DNA from: an uncultured delta proteobacterium
GTDB lineage: Bacteria > Desulfobacterota > Desulfomonilia > Desulfomonilales > Desulfomonilaceae
Direction: 5' to 3'
DNA: 64,000 nt
Assembly: GCA_963789265.1 (NCBI GenBank)
Contig: CAWBKB010000005.1
Coordinates: forward strand, 160,001 to 224,000
Notes under the pieces: model-generated
Database searches by the model: none
Seen by the model: only the letters and a program-made list of their open reading frames with translations
What the model was told of the DNA's origin: nothing
Shown here: positions 11,072-22,387 of the stretch, piece after piece
Layout: each line of letters begins with the position of its first letter
How positions within the stretch are numbered: position 1 is the first letter of the stretch
Translations under genes and position numbers: made by a program

Positions 11072-11157
11072 AGATTGCCGGTGGGACGGGCATCCTGCCC
11101 GTCATCCACCATAGACAGGCTGGAAGCCTGTCCCACCATTCACTCCTCGCAATGACA
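11072..11157. repeat. Composite repeat: GTGGGACGGGCATCCTGCCCGTC...GACAGGCTGGAAGCCTGTCCCACC nested in a GATTGC...GCAATGAC unit
   Basis: Near-identical composite at about 51810-51892. Confidence 0.8.
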
Positions 11158-11241
11158 GGGGTTCGACAATTCCCCCGCGCAAGTGCTGTTTTGCAAGTCC
11201 TGAATAAAGCTTGGTTATTCTAAAGCCTGCGGAGGCAGGGC

Positions 11242-11598
11242 TTAATGTAGGTACCCGTTGGGTTGACAGGAGCCGTCCTTGCACGCGACTGCCCTGATCA
11301 GTTCGGGTTCGATAACGCTCATCTGGGTCTGGTCGTCAACCTTGGCTTGAATGAACGAAACAAGATTCTCGAAGTCTTGTTTGGTAATCACTGGGAACTT
11401 GTCGGTCAGGTCGGAACCCGCGTAGTCCAGAGCGGTAAAATTCCCGGTATGCGGATCGACTTCTCCGGAGATCTGTATAACCTCGACATTGTCGTCGGAG
11501 GCATATCGGCCCACAATGGCCAGTCCTCGGGATCGAGAGAAGTACAGCATAGCGACTTTGTAAACGCCCGACGATTCAAACAACTCGAAGGGATTCAT
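11242..11598 (-). CDS. Hypothetical protein
   Basis: 118-aa ORF with globular composition, filling the intergenic gap; no family recognised. Confidence 0.55.
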   Translation of the reverse strand: MNPFELFESSGVYKVAMLYFSRSRGLAIVGRYASDDNVEVIQISGEVDPHTGNFTALDYAGSDLTDKFPVITKQDFENLVSFIQAKVDDQTQMSVIEPELIRAVACKDGSCQPNGYLH

Positions 11599-11997
11599 CT
11601 CTTATTTCCCACATCTAAGAAGGACGTTCAGGTGACGGCTCAAAACGTATTTGACTTAACATCAATCTAACAGCGGCAACTGGGAATGTCAAGGAAGCTA
11701 TCGCCACCCTGGAGGGCGCGCGCAGGCGCGCCTACAGGGGCTTTTCCGAGTTCTTCTTCAATGGCGCGATGACCGCGTCACTAAATGCCTTTCGTTCCAG
11801 CCGCGCTGATAAGCTCCTGCACTCTTACTCAGACGAGAATGGGAAGCATTTTTGCAATGTTAGCGTCTTCAGGGGCAGTTATCCTATAACTTCGGTCTGT
11901 CATCTAAAAACTTGTTTGCAAGGCGGTTCTTCTCTTCCATTGTAAAGAATGTTACGCTATAACTACTTCTAGGGGATTGCTCGAACCGGAGGATCAG

Positions 11998-13971
11998 ATG
12001 AAGCAGATCATTTTTGGGCGCTGGGGTCACGTCCTTAGGGATTATCGGCAAGAAGGCGAACCATCCGTAGATCTAACTGCCGGATTTCCGAGCGCAGGGG
12101 TATTCCCGGAGAACATCGTCGCTCTTATGAGCGGCAAAGGCTTCCTACAGTTTGAAGAAGATTTCAACTTCGTTCCCATGATAAGAGATTACATCAGTCA
12201 GATTCAGGCCAAGTACCGCTGCGGGAAGTGCATCACCGGTATCAAAGGTTCGAAGATGCTGCTGCTCACCCTTGACAAGATCATGCGGGGAGACGGTAGA
12301 GAATCCGATCTAGAAATTCTGTCCCGCATGGCGGACATCCTCAATGACGCTGCCAAATGCTCGGTCTGCCAGAGCGCCGGCGAGCTGCTGAGAGAGGGCC
12401 TTACTCATTTCCGAGAGGATTTTCTCAGGGCTGTTCGTGACGGCGTGCCCGGAGATTCGGTCAGTTATCGGGGAAGCATTTCTGCGCCCTGCATGAACAC
12501 CTGCCCCTGCCATATCAATATACCGGGTTATGTGGAGATGCTCCTTGAACTCCGTTATGGGGAAGCCCTCAGGATAATAAGAGAAGAGATGCCTTTACCG
12601 GGCATAACCGGACGCATTTGTCCTGCCCCATGTGAAAAAGCTTGCAGTGTCGCAAATATGGGAGATGTCGCCATTCCCATCAAGACGCTAAAACGTGTTG
12701 CCGCCGATTACGAAATGTTCCACCACCTTGGGGCTCCAATCGAGAAAATTGATTTGCCCGGTCCGCCCGTAGCAGTGGTCGGTGCCGGCCCGGCAGGCAT
12801 TTCCGCGGCGTATTATTTGAACCGCCTGGGACATCCCGTAACAGTATTGGAAGCCCTTCCGGTTACCGGCGGCATGATAGGCGTCGGGATACCACCGTAC
12901 CGTCAACCGCGAGACGTGCTTCAGCGAGAAATCGACATAATAAGAGACCTCGGTGTCGAGATTAAGTTCGGGGCTCGACTGGGTAAGGATTTTACAATTC
13001 AAGATCTCTTTCATCAGGGATACAAGGCGGTCTTTCTCGGCGTCGGTTCTCATCGTTCCCTGCCACTTGGGCTCAAGGGAGAAAACGACGGGATCGGTGG
13101 TGTGTTTTCCGGCGGCATAGATTTCCTGAGAGATATTAATCTGGGCCGCGACGTAACTGTTGGCGAAAACGTCGCCATCGTGGGCGGAGGCAACACGGCA
13201 ATTGATTGCGCGAGGACGTGCCTGAGAATGGGCGCTTCCCGGGTAGGCATTGTGTACCGGCGAACCGAAGCTGAAATGCCCGCGGATCCGGAGGAAGTGG
13301 AGGATGCACGGGAAGAAGGGATCAACTTTTATTTTCTTACCCAGCCCATCGACATCCTTTCCAATGATGGGAAAATGGCAGGGCTAAAATGCATCCGCAT
13401 GCAACTGGGAGAACCGGACTGGAGCGGCCGACGACGCCCGGTTCCGGTGGAAGGATCGGAATTCGACCTGGCCGCGGATACGTTGATCCCTGCTATAGGG
13501 CAAGCTTCCAACCTTGACTTCATTTCGCCGGATGACGGCATCGAAATAGCCCGACGGGGTACCATTAAGGTTGACAAGCAAACCATGATGACTACGAGGC
13601 CCGGAGTCTTCGCAGCCGGCGATGCAGTAAGCGGTCCTCTCACGGTCGTCCACGGTTTGGCCGGAGGCAAACGGGCAGCAAAGATGATTCATGACTACGT
13701 GACCCGAGGAAAGTGCGCCCCTTCGGAACAGCATTGGATGGAAGATCTTATCGCGAGTATAGAAAAGGACCATGGGGTGCTCGTAACGGCCCGGACTCCC
13801 AGCCGAGAGGGAGGCGCCCCACCCAAGAGGAAACTTGATGCCAGGGAGAGAGTGACCAGCTTTCGCGAAGTGGACTCCGGGTTCACTCAGCGAAGTTCCT
13901 TTATAGAGGCGAGCCGGTGTCTCCGATGCTTCCATCTCATCCTCACGGCGGTGAGGGAAACCGGGGCATGA
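11998..13971 (+). CDS. sfrB: SfrB-like NADPH oxidoreductase beta subunit (NuoF-like Fe-S + GltD-like FAD/NAD(P) domains)
   Basis: N-terminus QIIFGRWG resembles Geobacter SfrB as I recall it. CGKCITG, APCMNTCP, GRICPAPCE, GAGPAG, GGGNTAIDC, EASRCLRC. Confidence 0.75.
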   Translation: MKQIIFGRWGHVLRDYRQEGEPSVDLTAGFPSAGVFPENIVALMSGKGFLQFEEDFNFVPMIRDYISQIQAKYRCGKCITGIKGSKMLLLTLDKIMRGDGRESDLEILSRMADILNDAAKCSVCQSAGELLREGLTHFREDFLRAVRDGVPGDSVSYRGSISAPCMNTCPCHINIPGYVEMLLELRYGEALRIIREEMPLPGITGRICPAPCEKACSVANMGDVAIPIKTLKRVAADYEMFHHLGAPIEKIDLPGPPVAVVGAGPAGISAAYYLNRLGHPVTVLEALPVTGGMIGVGIPPYRQPRDVLQREIDIIRDLGVEIKFGARLGKDFTIQDLFHQGYKAVFLGVGSHRSLPLGLKGENDGIGGVFSGGIDFLRDINLGRDVTVGENVAIVGGGNTAIDCARTCLRMGASRVGIVYRRTEAEMPADPEEVEDAREEGINFYFLTQPIDILSNDGKMAGLKCIRMQLGEPDWSGRRRPVPVEGSEFDLAADTLIPAIGQASNLDFISPDDGIEIARRGTIKVDKQTMMTTRPGVFAAGDAVSGPLTVVHGLAGGKRAAKMIHDYVTRGKCAPSEQHWMEDLIASIEKDHGVLVTARTPSREGGAPPKRKLDARERVTSFREVDSGFTQRSSFIEASRCLRCFHLILTAVRETGA

Positions 13972-14168
13972 GAAAGCACCGAACCTTTTCAGATTAAAAA
14001 GACTGTCGTCAGGCTGATCTTTGCAAGGAAGGTTTCCCGGCAATTTCTTTCGAGAAACCCCGGAATCTTAGAGAAATGGTCGGGATTCCCGTAAATCCCA
14101 AGGAGCCGGCTCAAGCCGCTACGATGCCGGCGCCTGAAGGCTTCCGTTGAGAAGACAAGGAACATACA

Positions 14169-16797
14169 ATGCCTCTGCTGACCATCGATGACATTGACGT
14201 AGCCGCCGCGGAAGGGATGACCATTCTGGAAGCAGCCAAGACTGCGGGAATCTGGATCCCCACACTCTGTTACTACCAGAAGACGAGCCCGTCCGATTCC
14301 TGTCGCATGTGCGTGGTAGAAGTCGAAGGGGTCTCACGTCCCATAACTTCCTGCAGCACGCTTGTCGCAGATGGAATGAGGGTACACACGGACACTCCTC
14401 GAGTGAGGGAGATCAGGGAAGAGGTCATGAGGTTAGTCCTAATGGACCACCCCTTGGAATGCCCTACTTGTCCGGCAGCGGGAGAATGTGAAATTCAGAA
14501 TTTGACCTATCGGCTTGGCATTCAGGGATCGGATTACCCAGTGGGAAAGCGCAGCAGTCCTCCGGTTCGGAATTGGCCTCTTATCGAGTCACAATCCGAA
14601 CCTGTGTATCACTTGCCTGCGCTGCGTGAAGGTTTGTCATGAGGTCATTGGAGCAAGCGCACTTGCGCTTACCGATGTCGGGTACAATGCCAGGATAGAC
14701 ACACGTGACGGAAACGTGCTCAATTGCGACTTCTGTGGTGAATGTGTAGAGGCGTGTCCGTCGGGGGCCATGTCGAACAAGGTGTCCAGACGGTGGGCCC
14801 GATCATGGGAACTGAGAAAGACCCCCACAATTTGTCCTCTCTGCTCTGCAGGCTGCCGATTGGAGATGAATGTCAAAGACAACCAGATCTTCCGGGTGAC
14901 TACCGACATTGAAAGCCATAACAAAGGCACATTATGCGCAGGTGGCCGCTTCGGTTACGACTTTGTTCATGACGAGAACAGGTTGCTTTCCCCTCTCCTG
15001 CGACATAACGGGGAACTCAAGCCCGCATCCTGGGAAGATGCGCTTACCTTTGTTGCGGGTAAGCTGAAAAAAATCATAAACGACTCGGGTCCTGAGAGCG
15101 TTGCGGGATTGGCATCGCCTCGTTTGACCAACGAAGATTGCTACGCATTCCAGAAGCTGTTCCGAGCAGTTATAGGTACAAACAATATCGACAGCGAGGC
15201 AAGGTTCAGTTTTCTACGAGTTCAAAGGGCTTTCGAGTTGACCGGTCTTGCAGGCTCCACGGGAAACCTTGAAGAACTACTCGACACAGAGGCCATGCTC
15301 GTAATAGGGGTGGATCCACTGGAAGAAACCCCTGCTCTAGGTTGGAAGATCAAGGCTGCCGCACGACGATATGACAGCAATGTAATTGTCGCAAACTCGC
15401 GAAAGACCAGCCTGGACAAGTTTGCGCGGGTGCGGCTGAAAATCCGCCCCTATTCGGAAAGCGATCTGGTCCTTGGGATGATGAAAATCATTCTGGATTT
15501 GGACCTGTGGGACAGGAAATTTCTCCGCGACCGGACTGTCAATTTTCTTCCCATGAAGAACCTGCTTGACAAGATTTCTCTTAAGGGCATTCTGAAGAGA
15601 ACCGGTGTTTCCAGCGAAGCACTCGAGGAAGCAGCCCGTGTTCTGGGTGAGTCCCCAAAGGCGTGCATAATCTTCGGTGGCGACGTAATCTTACAGGAGA
15701 ACGGTCTCCAATGCGCCATGAATTTGGCGAACCTCGCCCTTATGACGGGGAACGTGGGAGGAGAGGGGGCTGGACTATTCCCAATTTTCGAGAAGGGGAA
15801 CATGCTGGGAATGTGCGACATGGGGGTGCTTCCGGAATACCTCCCGGGTTTCCAGGACGCAGCATACGCCCGGGACCTCTTTGAGCGCGTCTGGAAAACG
15901 AGCCTTCCTTACGGCAAAGGGAGAACGGTTCCTGAAGTTGTCCGAGGGTTGGAAACCGGTGAGATCAAGGCTGCATACATTGCCGGCGCTGACCCGCTCA
16001 CTGATTACCCCAATGCAGGCCGTTTCGCGTCAGCATTGGAGCGGGCAGAACTGGTAATCGTGCAAGATCTTTTCCTGAGCCCGACAGCGAAGATCGCTCA
16101 CTGTGTTTTTCCGGCAGCCTCCTTTGCCGAAAAGGAAGGGACCATGACCAATATTGAGCACCGCATTCAGAAGCTCAATGCGGTAATTCCCCCGCCGGGT
16201 CAAGCCATGCCGGACTGGAGTATCTTCGAAGAGGTAGCGAAGGCCCTTGGGCGTCCCATGGGATTCTTCAAAGCCGCGGACGTGTTCAGAGATATGACTC
16301 AAACCATGCCCTACTATAAGGGCCTCAGACCACAAGACCTTGAAGGGGACGGCAGAATCGTACCCCCAATCGCTGCCGCCAATTCGCGGCTACGGGGCCG
16401 AAATTCCTACTCTTTTGCGCCGGTAAGAACGTGGGAGGCTCCCGAAAAAGAAGATGTGGCAGCATATCCGTTTGAGCTGATTGCAGGCCGTGCGATGTTT
16501 CATTTTGGGTCGACTACCACTCGTTCCAGGAACTTGCTGAACCTTTGTCCCGAAGGATATTTGGAGGTAAATTCGGAGGACGCCGCGGCACTGGGCATTA
16601 AAGAAGGAAAGCGAGTGAAAGTGAGTTCCCGCATCAGTTCCTTTGAGGCCCTCGTCAAGCTGTCCGACAAAGTTGATCGGGGGATGGTTTTTGTTCCTAC
16701 GAACTTTCCAGGCCAGTCCGTATATCGATTGTTTGAGGAGAACACTACCGTATGCAGGGTCAAATTGACCTCTGTCACAGAGGTATCTGCTCAGTGA
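14169..16797 (+). CDS. sfrA: SfrA-like alpha subunit (2Fe-2S, 4Fe-4S, molybdopterin-oxidoreductase fold); +1 frameshift near 14590
   Basis: IPTLC..CRMC..C, HPLECPTC..GEC, then WPLIE|NPNLCITCLRCVKVC, CDFCGECVEACP, CPLCSAGC, SPRLTNED, NIDSEAR. The two ORFs join by removing one base in gagtcacaatccg. Confidence 0.75.
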
Positions 16798-17025
16798 CCC
16801 TCCTGCGATCTGACGGATGACTCACCTGTGCCAAGGGTGATTGATTAGAGTGTAGTATGTGAGAGGAGGGGATCGGGACCTCCGCTTCTCGGACGGGAGC
16901 AGGGCCTTTGGCCGTTTATGCGGCATGCGCTGCCTCGTGGACAGAAAAACCGCCGACATTATGCTCCATTAATTCGCCGTGGAGCTCACACAAGAACCAG
17001 GGTCGCAAAATATAAGGAGGTAAGC

Positions 17026-17988
17026 ATGAACGCCCGGGGGAAACCAAAGGCAACGATACTCGTAATTGACGATGAACAGATCGTTCACGAAAGTGTCCAG
17101 AGGATTCTCGAAGAAGAAGGATACCGCGTGGAAGGAGCCTTTCGAGTGGACAAGGCTCTGGATATGCTGGCAGAAGGATCGTACGATCTGGTTCTCACAG
17201 ACTTGATGATGCCGGACCGCAGTGGGATGGACGCGGTCGAGGCCGTTGCCAGGGATCATCCCCATGCCGGTGTGGTCATGTTTACCGGATACGCCACAGT
17301 GGACTCGGCAGTGGAGTCCATGAAACTGGGGGCACTGGATTATCTCCCCAAGCCGTTCACTCCTGAAGAGTTGGTTGAGGTGACAGAGAAGGCCCTCGCC
17401 AAGACTTGGAAAGCCAGACGTGACAGGGAGATCGAGCATACATACGCGGAAGCGGAAAGGGCCCTTGTATCGAGCTTGGACTTGAAAGAGCTTTTGAACC
17501 TGATTTGCGCGAGTGTAGTTAGGCTTTTTAAGGTGAAGGGCAGCTCGCTCCTCATGTACCGGAAGAAAGATCAAACCCTGGAAATAGCTTCCTCTTTTGG
17601 CCTCAGCGACAAGTTCCTGCAAAAGGGCCTGGTCAACAGCTCAAAGAGCATCGCTGAAGTTCTTGAATCCGGACAGCCCGTCTTAATAGACGAGTCGGAT
17701 TTTGACACAAAACTACAATACCCTGCCGAAGCCAAGGAAGAGGGAATCGTTTCCGTACTGTCGCTTCCGCTTGGACTTAGCGGCACTATACTGGGCTTCC
17801 TTAGGATCTACAGCTCCGAAAAGCGCTCCTTCGACTCCGAAGAGATGAATTTGTTGGTCAAATTTGCGGAACAAGGAGCGCAAGCACTTGAAAATGCCAT
17901 GAGTTACGAAAGAGTTCGCAGCGACATTGAGGGCATGAAGAAGTCCATTCCCGGACCCCTCGCCAAGAAAATAGCGGAACAGGGCTAG
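17026..17988 (+). CDS. Response regulator (REC + GAF), no DNA-binding domain
   Basis: ILVIDDE, TDLMMPD, LPKPF, then GAF ending FAEQGAQALENA; RBS AAGGAGG. Confidence 0.85.
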   Translation: MNARGKPKATILVIDDEQIVHESVQRILEEEGYRVEGAFRVDKALDMLAEGSYDLVLTDLMMPDRSGMDAVEAVARDHPHAGVVMFTGYATVDSAVESMKLGALDYLPKPFTPEELVEVTEKALAKTWKARRDREIEHTYAEAERALVSSLDLKELLNLICASVVRLFKVKGSSLLMYRKKDQTLEIASSFGLSDKFLQKGLVNSSKSIAEVLESGQPVLIDESDFDTKLQYPAEAKEEGIVSVLSLPLGLSGTILGFLRIYSSEKRSFDSEEMNLLVKFAEQGAQALENAMSYERVRSDIEGMKKSIPGPLAKKIAEQG

Positions 17989-18028
17989 CTGCTGTTACGA
18001 ATGCATTTTTCGTTAGGAGTAGGATAAG

Positions 18029-18976
18029 ATGGACAAAAGAAATGGAAAGGTGCTGGTACTCGATGACGAGCAGATCGTGCTGGATAGTGTCACGCGTATC
18101 CTTGACGACGAGAACTATGAGGTAAAAACGTGCCGTAAGGGGCAAGAAGCCTTGGAACTTCTTAAAGAAGGCGGGTTCGACATCCTGATCACTGATTTGA
18201 AAATGCCGGGGATGGACGGACTTCAAGCTATGGAAGCCCTAACGGAAGTGGATCCCGATCTTTCCATGATAATGGTCACCGCGTATTCGACCATCGATTC
18301 AGCAGTGAAAGCTATGAAGCTAGGGGCAGTAGACTATATTCGGAAGCCATTCACTCCCGATCAACTTACAGAGCTTGTGGCCAAGGTGATGAACGATCGG
18401 AAAGTCCGCTTTGACAAACGTTATCGGGAAGACACCTTTGCAGAGATCAAGACGGCCATCTCTTCTACATTGAATTTGAAAGAAGTCCTGGACCTCATTG
18501 TCCAGGGTGTGGTCAAGGTTATGAAGGTTAAGGGAAGCACCCTGAGTTTGCTCGACAGGAAGCGGGAAAAGCTCCGTGTATTCGCATATAATGGATTGAG
18601 CCGAGAGTATGTCGAAAAAGGCCCGCTGGACTCGTCCAGGAGCCTGGGGGAGACCGTGATGAACGGCAAGCACTCCTGGGTCGAGGACGCGGCCACAGAT
18701 CCAAGAGTTCAATATCCCACCGAGGCTATGCGCGAAGGTGTCAAATCGATCCTCAGCGTGCCGTTGTTGGTTCGAAATAAAGTAATAGGGGCTCTACGCG
18801 TTTACACCTCCGACACTCGAAAGTTTACTGACGAGGAAGTCCGTTTCCTCTTTGGCTTCGCAGAACAGGTTGCCATGGCAATCGAAAACGCTCGTTCGTA
18901 TGAGGATGTTAAAGACGAGTATCAGGCCCTTCGCGATGATCTTTGGGACTATTTGGACCGAGACGGCTGGTTATGA
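18029..18976 (+). CDS. Response regulator (REC + GAF), paralog of the upstream gene
   Basis: VLVLDDE, TDLKMPG, IRKPF, GAF SILSVPL...AEQVAMAIENAR. Confidence 0.87.
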   Translation: MDKRNGKVLVLDDEQIVLDSVTRILDDENYEVKTCRKGQEALELLKEGGFDILITDLKMPGMDGLQAMEALTEVDPDLSMIMVTAYSTIDSAVKAMKLGAVDYIRKPFTPDQLTELVAKVMNDRKVRFDKRYREDTFAEIKTAISSTLNLKEVLDLIVQGVVKVMKVKGSTLSLLDRKREKLRVFAYNGLSREYVEKGPLDSSRSLGETVMNGKHSWVEDAATDPRVQYPTEAMREGVKSILSVPLLVRNKVIGALRVYTSDTRKFTDEEVRFLFGFAEQVAMAIENARSYEDVKDEYQALRDDLWDYLDRDGWL

Positions 18977-19024
18977 AAGCTACATTTGGCCGCTGAACGC
19001 TATGGTTTCTGAGAGGATAGAGCC

Positions 19025-20776
19025 ATGACTGCCACCTTGGAGTCTAAGTACGTTGGAGGGTGTGGCGGTGGTAGAGCAGGTTCGCAGGATCCCTCGAACG
19101 TGGCGGAGAAAATATCCCCCTACATTACCCGGCAACCCGACCGGCTCGAACAAATACTTCGGAAAATAGAAAAGGTACTCCCTGTATGGCTTAAACCGCG
19201 GAGCGGATACCTCTTTTCGTTCAAGAACCGGATACTCGTCGGCACGTTAGTCGTTGTGATCGGCGGAGTCATCATCGTAGGGGTCATTCTTCAACTCACC
19301 GTATTCCCAAGGTTGTCTGCCGATAGCCCCTCTGCAATCCTCAACTTGATAAAGATAATTCATTTTGTGGTCAGTATTGTGGTAATCGCTGTTAGTTGTC
19401 TTTTTATCCAGTTGATCTCAAAGAGTATAACCTCCCCTCTTTTAGAGCTTACCAAGTGCGCGGATCAGATTAGTCGTGAAGCCGGCGAAAATCTTGCTTC
19501 AGGAGCGAGTGTCAACGAGGGCGAAGCCGAGGAAGACGCTGATTACGAGGCAAACGACTGCTTGCCGGCCGATGAAGTCTGCCAGCTTACCTCGTCATTT
19601 AATCGGATGCTCATCCATCTGAAGGCTTCAGAGGCGTCTCTGCGCGAGTCCCAAGAGAAATATCGGTTTCCGTTCGACAACGCCCCCTCGCCCATATTCG
19701 TGATAGACGCAAACGACCTAACGATCCTCGACGTGAATGCCAGGGCTGAAGAAGAGTATCAATACAGCAGGGAAGAACTGCTTGAGATGACCTTCGCAGA
19801 CCTTGGGCGCCATCGGGACCGGGAACAGACAGCTAAGCTCCTGACACAAATTGCCCCCACTGAAACCACGCTGCTCCCGGTTCTCCAGCATAGGCGGAGA
19901 GATGGGTCCCTGGCAGTAGTTAACTTTCAAGGCAGTTTCAGTCGCTACCGGAATCGTCCTGCAATCATCGCCGCGGTTTGGGATGTAACCGAAAAACTGG
20001 AAAAACACGCCATGCTGATTCAAGCAGGCAAAATGGCGACTCTGGGCGAAATGGCCACAGGGATCGCTCACGAGTTGAATCAGCCTCTCAATGTCATCAG
20101 GCTTGGCTGCGACTACTTTGTCAAGAAAGCCAAGGCCGGTCAGCTCTTGACTCAGGAAGATCTGGTCAATCTGACCAGGGAACTCACCTCCAGTGTCGAC
20201 CGAGCATCCCGAATCATCAATCACTTGCGTCAGTTCGGTCGCAAGAGCGACAACAGTATGGAGCCGGTTGATTTGAACATGCCCATTCGCAATGTCTTCA
20301 CTTTGTTGGGAACCCAACTGGAAGCGAGGGGCATTGTGTGGGAACTTTCGCTGGATTACCATCTCCCACAGATACTGGGTGACTCAAACAGGCTGGAACA
20401 AGTTTTTATCAACCTTCTTCTCAACGCGAGGGACGCAATGCTCGCAGAAGAAGAGCTAGCGGGAGCCGGAGAAGGAAATAAAGTCAAAAAGGTTAAAATC
20501 GCGTCATTTTTGGAAAGAAATCGAGTAGTCGCAACGGTTTCCGACACTGGACCCGGCATCCCGGAGGCGATTAGGAGCAAAGTTTTCGAGCCGTTTTTTA
20601 CAACTAAGAAGCCGGGGGAAGGAACGGGTCTCGGTCTTTCTATAAGTTATGGTATTATCCGAGAGCACCGCGGCACTATAGAGATTCATTCGGAAGGAAC
20701 ACGCGGAGCGACTTTTCGACTGACATTCCCCGTTCTGAAGACGGAGAGCCATGATGGCAACAATCCTGGTCGTTGA
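19025..20776 (+). CDS. Membrane sensor histidine kinase (2 TM, HAMP, PAS, HisKA, HATPase)
   Basis: Two hydrophobic segments, [31 protein letters not shown]. Confidence 0.9.
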   Translation: MTATLESKYVGGCGGGRAGSQDPSNVAEKISPYITRQPDRLEQILRKIEKVLPVWLKPRSGYLFSFKNRILVGTLVVVIGGVIIVGVILQLTVFPRLSADSPSAILNLIKIIHFVVSIVVIAVSCLFIQLISKSITSPLLELTKCADQISREAGENLASGASVNEGEAEEDADYEANDCLPADEVCQLTSSFNRMLIHLKASEASLRESQEKYRFPFDNAPSPIFVIDANDLTILDVNARAEEEYQYSREELLEMTFADLGRHRDREQTAKLLTQIAPTETTLLPVLQHRRRDGSLAVVNFQGSFSRYRNRPAIIAAVWDVTEKLEKHAMLIQAGKMATLGEMATGIAHELNQPLNVIRLGCDYFVKKAKAGQLLTQEDLVNLTRELTSSVDRASRIINHLRQFGRKSDNSMEPVDLNMPIRNVFTLLGTQLEARGIVWELSLDYHLPQILGDSNRLEQVFINLLLNARDAMLAEEELAGAGEGNKVKKVKIASFLERNRVVATVSDTGPGIPEAIRSKVFEPFFTTKKPGEGTGLGLSISYGIIREHRGTIEIHSEGTRGATFRLTFPVLKTESHDGNNPGR

Positions 20777-22253
20777 TGACGAAGAAAGCATCAGAAATCT
20801 GATGCGCATGACCCTTGAGCTTGACCACTATAAGGTCTTTACAGCCGCTGACGGCCCCTCTGCGCTGGAGATTTTCGAAAAAGAGAACCCGGACGTTGTT
20901 TTACTGGATGTGAGAATGCCGGGCATGAGCGGCATCGAGATTTTGGACCGGATAAAGGCCATGAACCCGGACGCGGAGGTCATCATCATAACAGGGCATG
21001 GGGACATGGATATGGCAGTAGATTGTCTCCGTAGGCAGGCTTCCAACTTCTTGACAAAACCAGTGGGAGACGAGTTGCTTTCTCTCTCGTTGAAACGTTC
21101 GCTGGAGAGAGTTGCTCTGAAAAAGAAGATAAAACAATACACTCGCAATCTGGAGATCCTGGTTCGGGAAGCCAATGTCGAGTTGGAACGCGCCTATCAG
21201 TTCAGGGAAAACATCATCGAAAATTCCCCGGACGCCATAGTTTGTGTCCGCAAGGGGGGCGAGATCATTATTTTCAATTCCGCGGCCGAGAAGCTTCTCG
21301 GGTACAAAAAATCAGAAGTGATCGGCAAAATGAACATCGTCAAAGTCTACCCTCCCGGGGGAGCGAAACAGGTGATGAGGTATTTGAGATCCGACGACTT
21401 CGGCGGCCGCGGCCTGTTGCAAAAAACCGAAGTTGCGGTGCTCGACAAGAGTGGAAACGAAATCCCTACCTACTTGTCGGCCGCGATTCTTTACGAAGAC
21501 GGACAGGAAGCGGGCTCAGTTGGGATTTTTACCGACCTGCGGGAACACCGAAAGCTGGAAAAACAGCTCCTTCGGTCTGAGAAACTCTCTTCCCTGGGAA
21601 AGCTTTCCGCAGGTATCGCTCATGAAATTAATCAGCCTTTGACCGGCGTGTTGACGTTTGCGCATCTTCTCTTGAGGAAGTTCAAAGACGATGAAAAGAC
21701 TCGAAAGGACCTCGAGACTATAGTGCGAGAGACCACGCGCATACGGGGCATAGTCCAGGGAATTCTGGATTTCGCCCGCGAAACTCCCATGCAGAAGAAG
21801 CCTCGGAAGATAGACGAAGTTCTCGATCAGACCCTTGAGATTGTGGTGCATCAACAGCGATTCTTCGGGATCACTTTGGAAAAGAACTACGATCAGTCGC
21901 TTCCCGAAGTAGTTGTTGATTCTAACTTGATGGAACAGGTGTTCATGAACGTAATTCTCAATGCCCTGGACGCCATGCACGGGTCTGGTCGATTGACCGT
22001 CAGAACTCGACGCCAAAATGGCTGGGCAGAGGTAGAATTCTCGGACACAGGGATTGGGATGCCCGAAGAGATTCTCGACAAAATATTTGACCCCTTCTTT
22101 ACCACAAAAGACTCTACGGAAGGCATGGGCATGGGGTTGGGACTGGCTGTGAGCTACGGAATAGTGAAAAATCACAACGGTGACATCTCAGTGTCCAGCA
22201 AACCCAGTCAGGGAACCACCTTTTCCATCCGACTGCCACTGGACAATGCGTGA
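20751..22253 (+). CDS. Hybrid kinase (REC-PAS-HisKA-HATPase)
   Basis: ILVVDDE, LDVRMPG, AHEINQPL, LNALDAM, GMGLGL. Confidence 0.9.
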   Translation: MMATILVVDDEESIRNLMRMTLELDHYKVFTAADGPSALEIFEKENPDVVLLDVRMPGMSGIEILDRIKAMNPDAEVIIITGHGDMDMAVDCLRRQASNFLTKPVGDELLSLSLKRSLERVALKKKIKQYTRNLEILVREANVELERAYQFRENIIENSPDAIVCVRKGGEIIIFNSAAEKLLGYKKSEVIGKMNIVKVYPPGGAKQVMRYLRSDDFGGRGLLQKTEVAVLDKSGNEIPTYLSAAILYEDGQEAGSVGIFTDLREHRKLEKQLLRSEKLSSLGKLSAGIAHEINQPLTGVLTFAHLLLRKFKDDEKTRKDLETIVRETTRIRGIVQGILDFARETPMQKKPRKIDEVLDQTLEIVVHQQRFFGITLEKNYDQSLPEVVVDSNLMEQVFMNVILNALDAMHGSGRLTVRTRRQNGWAEVEFSDTGIGMPEEILDKIFDPFFTTKDSTEGMGMGLGLAVSYGIVKNHNGDISVSSKPSQGTTFSIRLPLDNA

Positions 22254-22387
22254 AATGCGGACACGTTGTCGTGCTTGACTTGCGGCCCTCCATACTACAG
22301 AATTGTGCAAGTCGGTCCCGGGAGCGTGTCTTGATGTCTTGACCACATCATCGCACGTCCCAAATTGAATCCAAAAAGGGGGAACAA

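Noticed and set aside
14585..14600. Programmed ribosomal frameshifting at the split genes
   Set aside because: The sites share no slippery heptamer or stimulatory structure, and the affected families are not known to be recoded.
14169..16797. Formate dehydrogenase alpha or NuoG call
   Set aside because: The Cys/Sec-His active-site motif is absent (NIDSEARF), there are no other nuo genes, and pairing with a GltD-like beta subunit fits SfrAB better.
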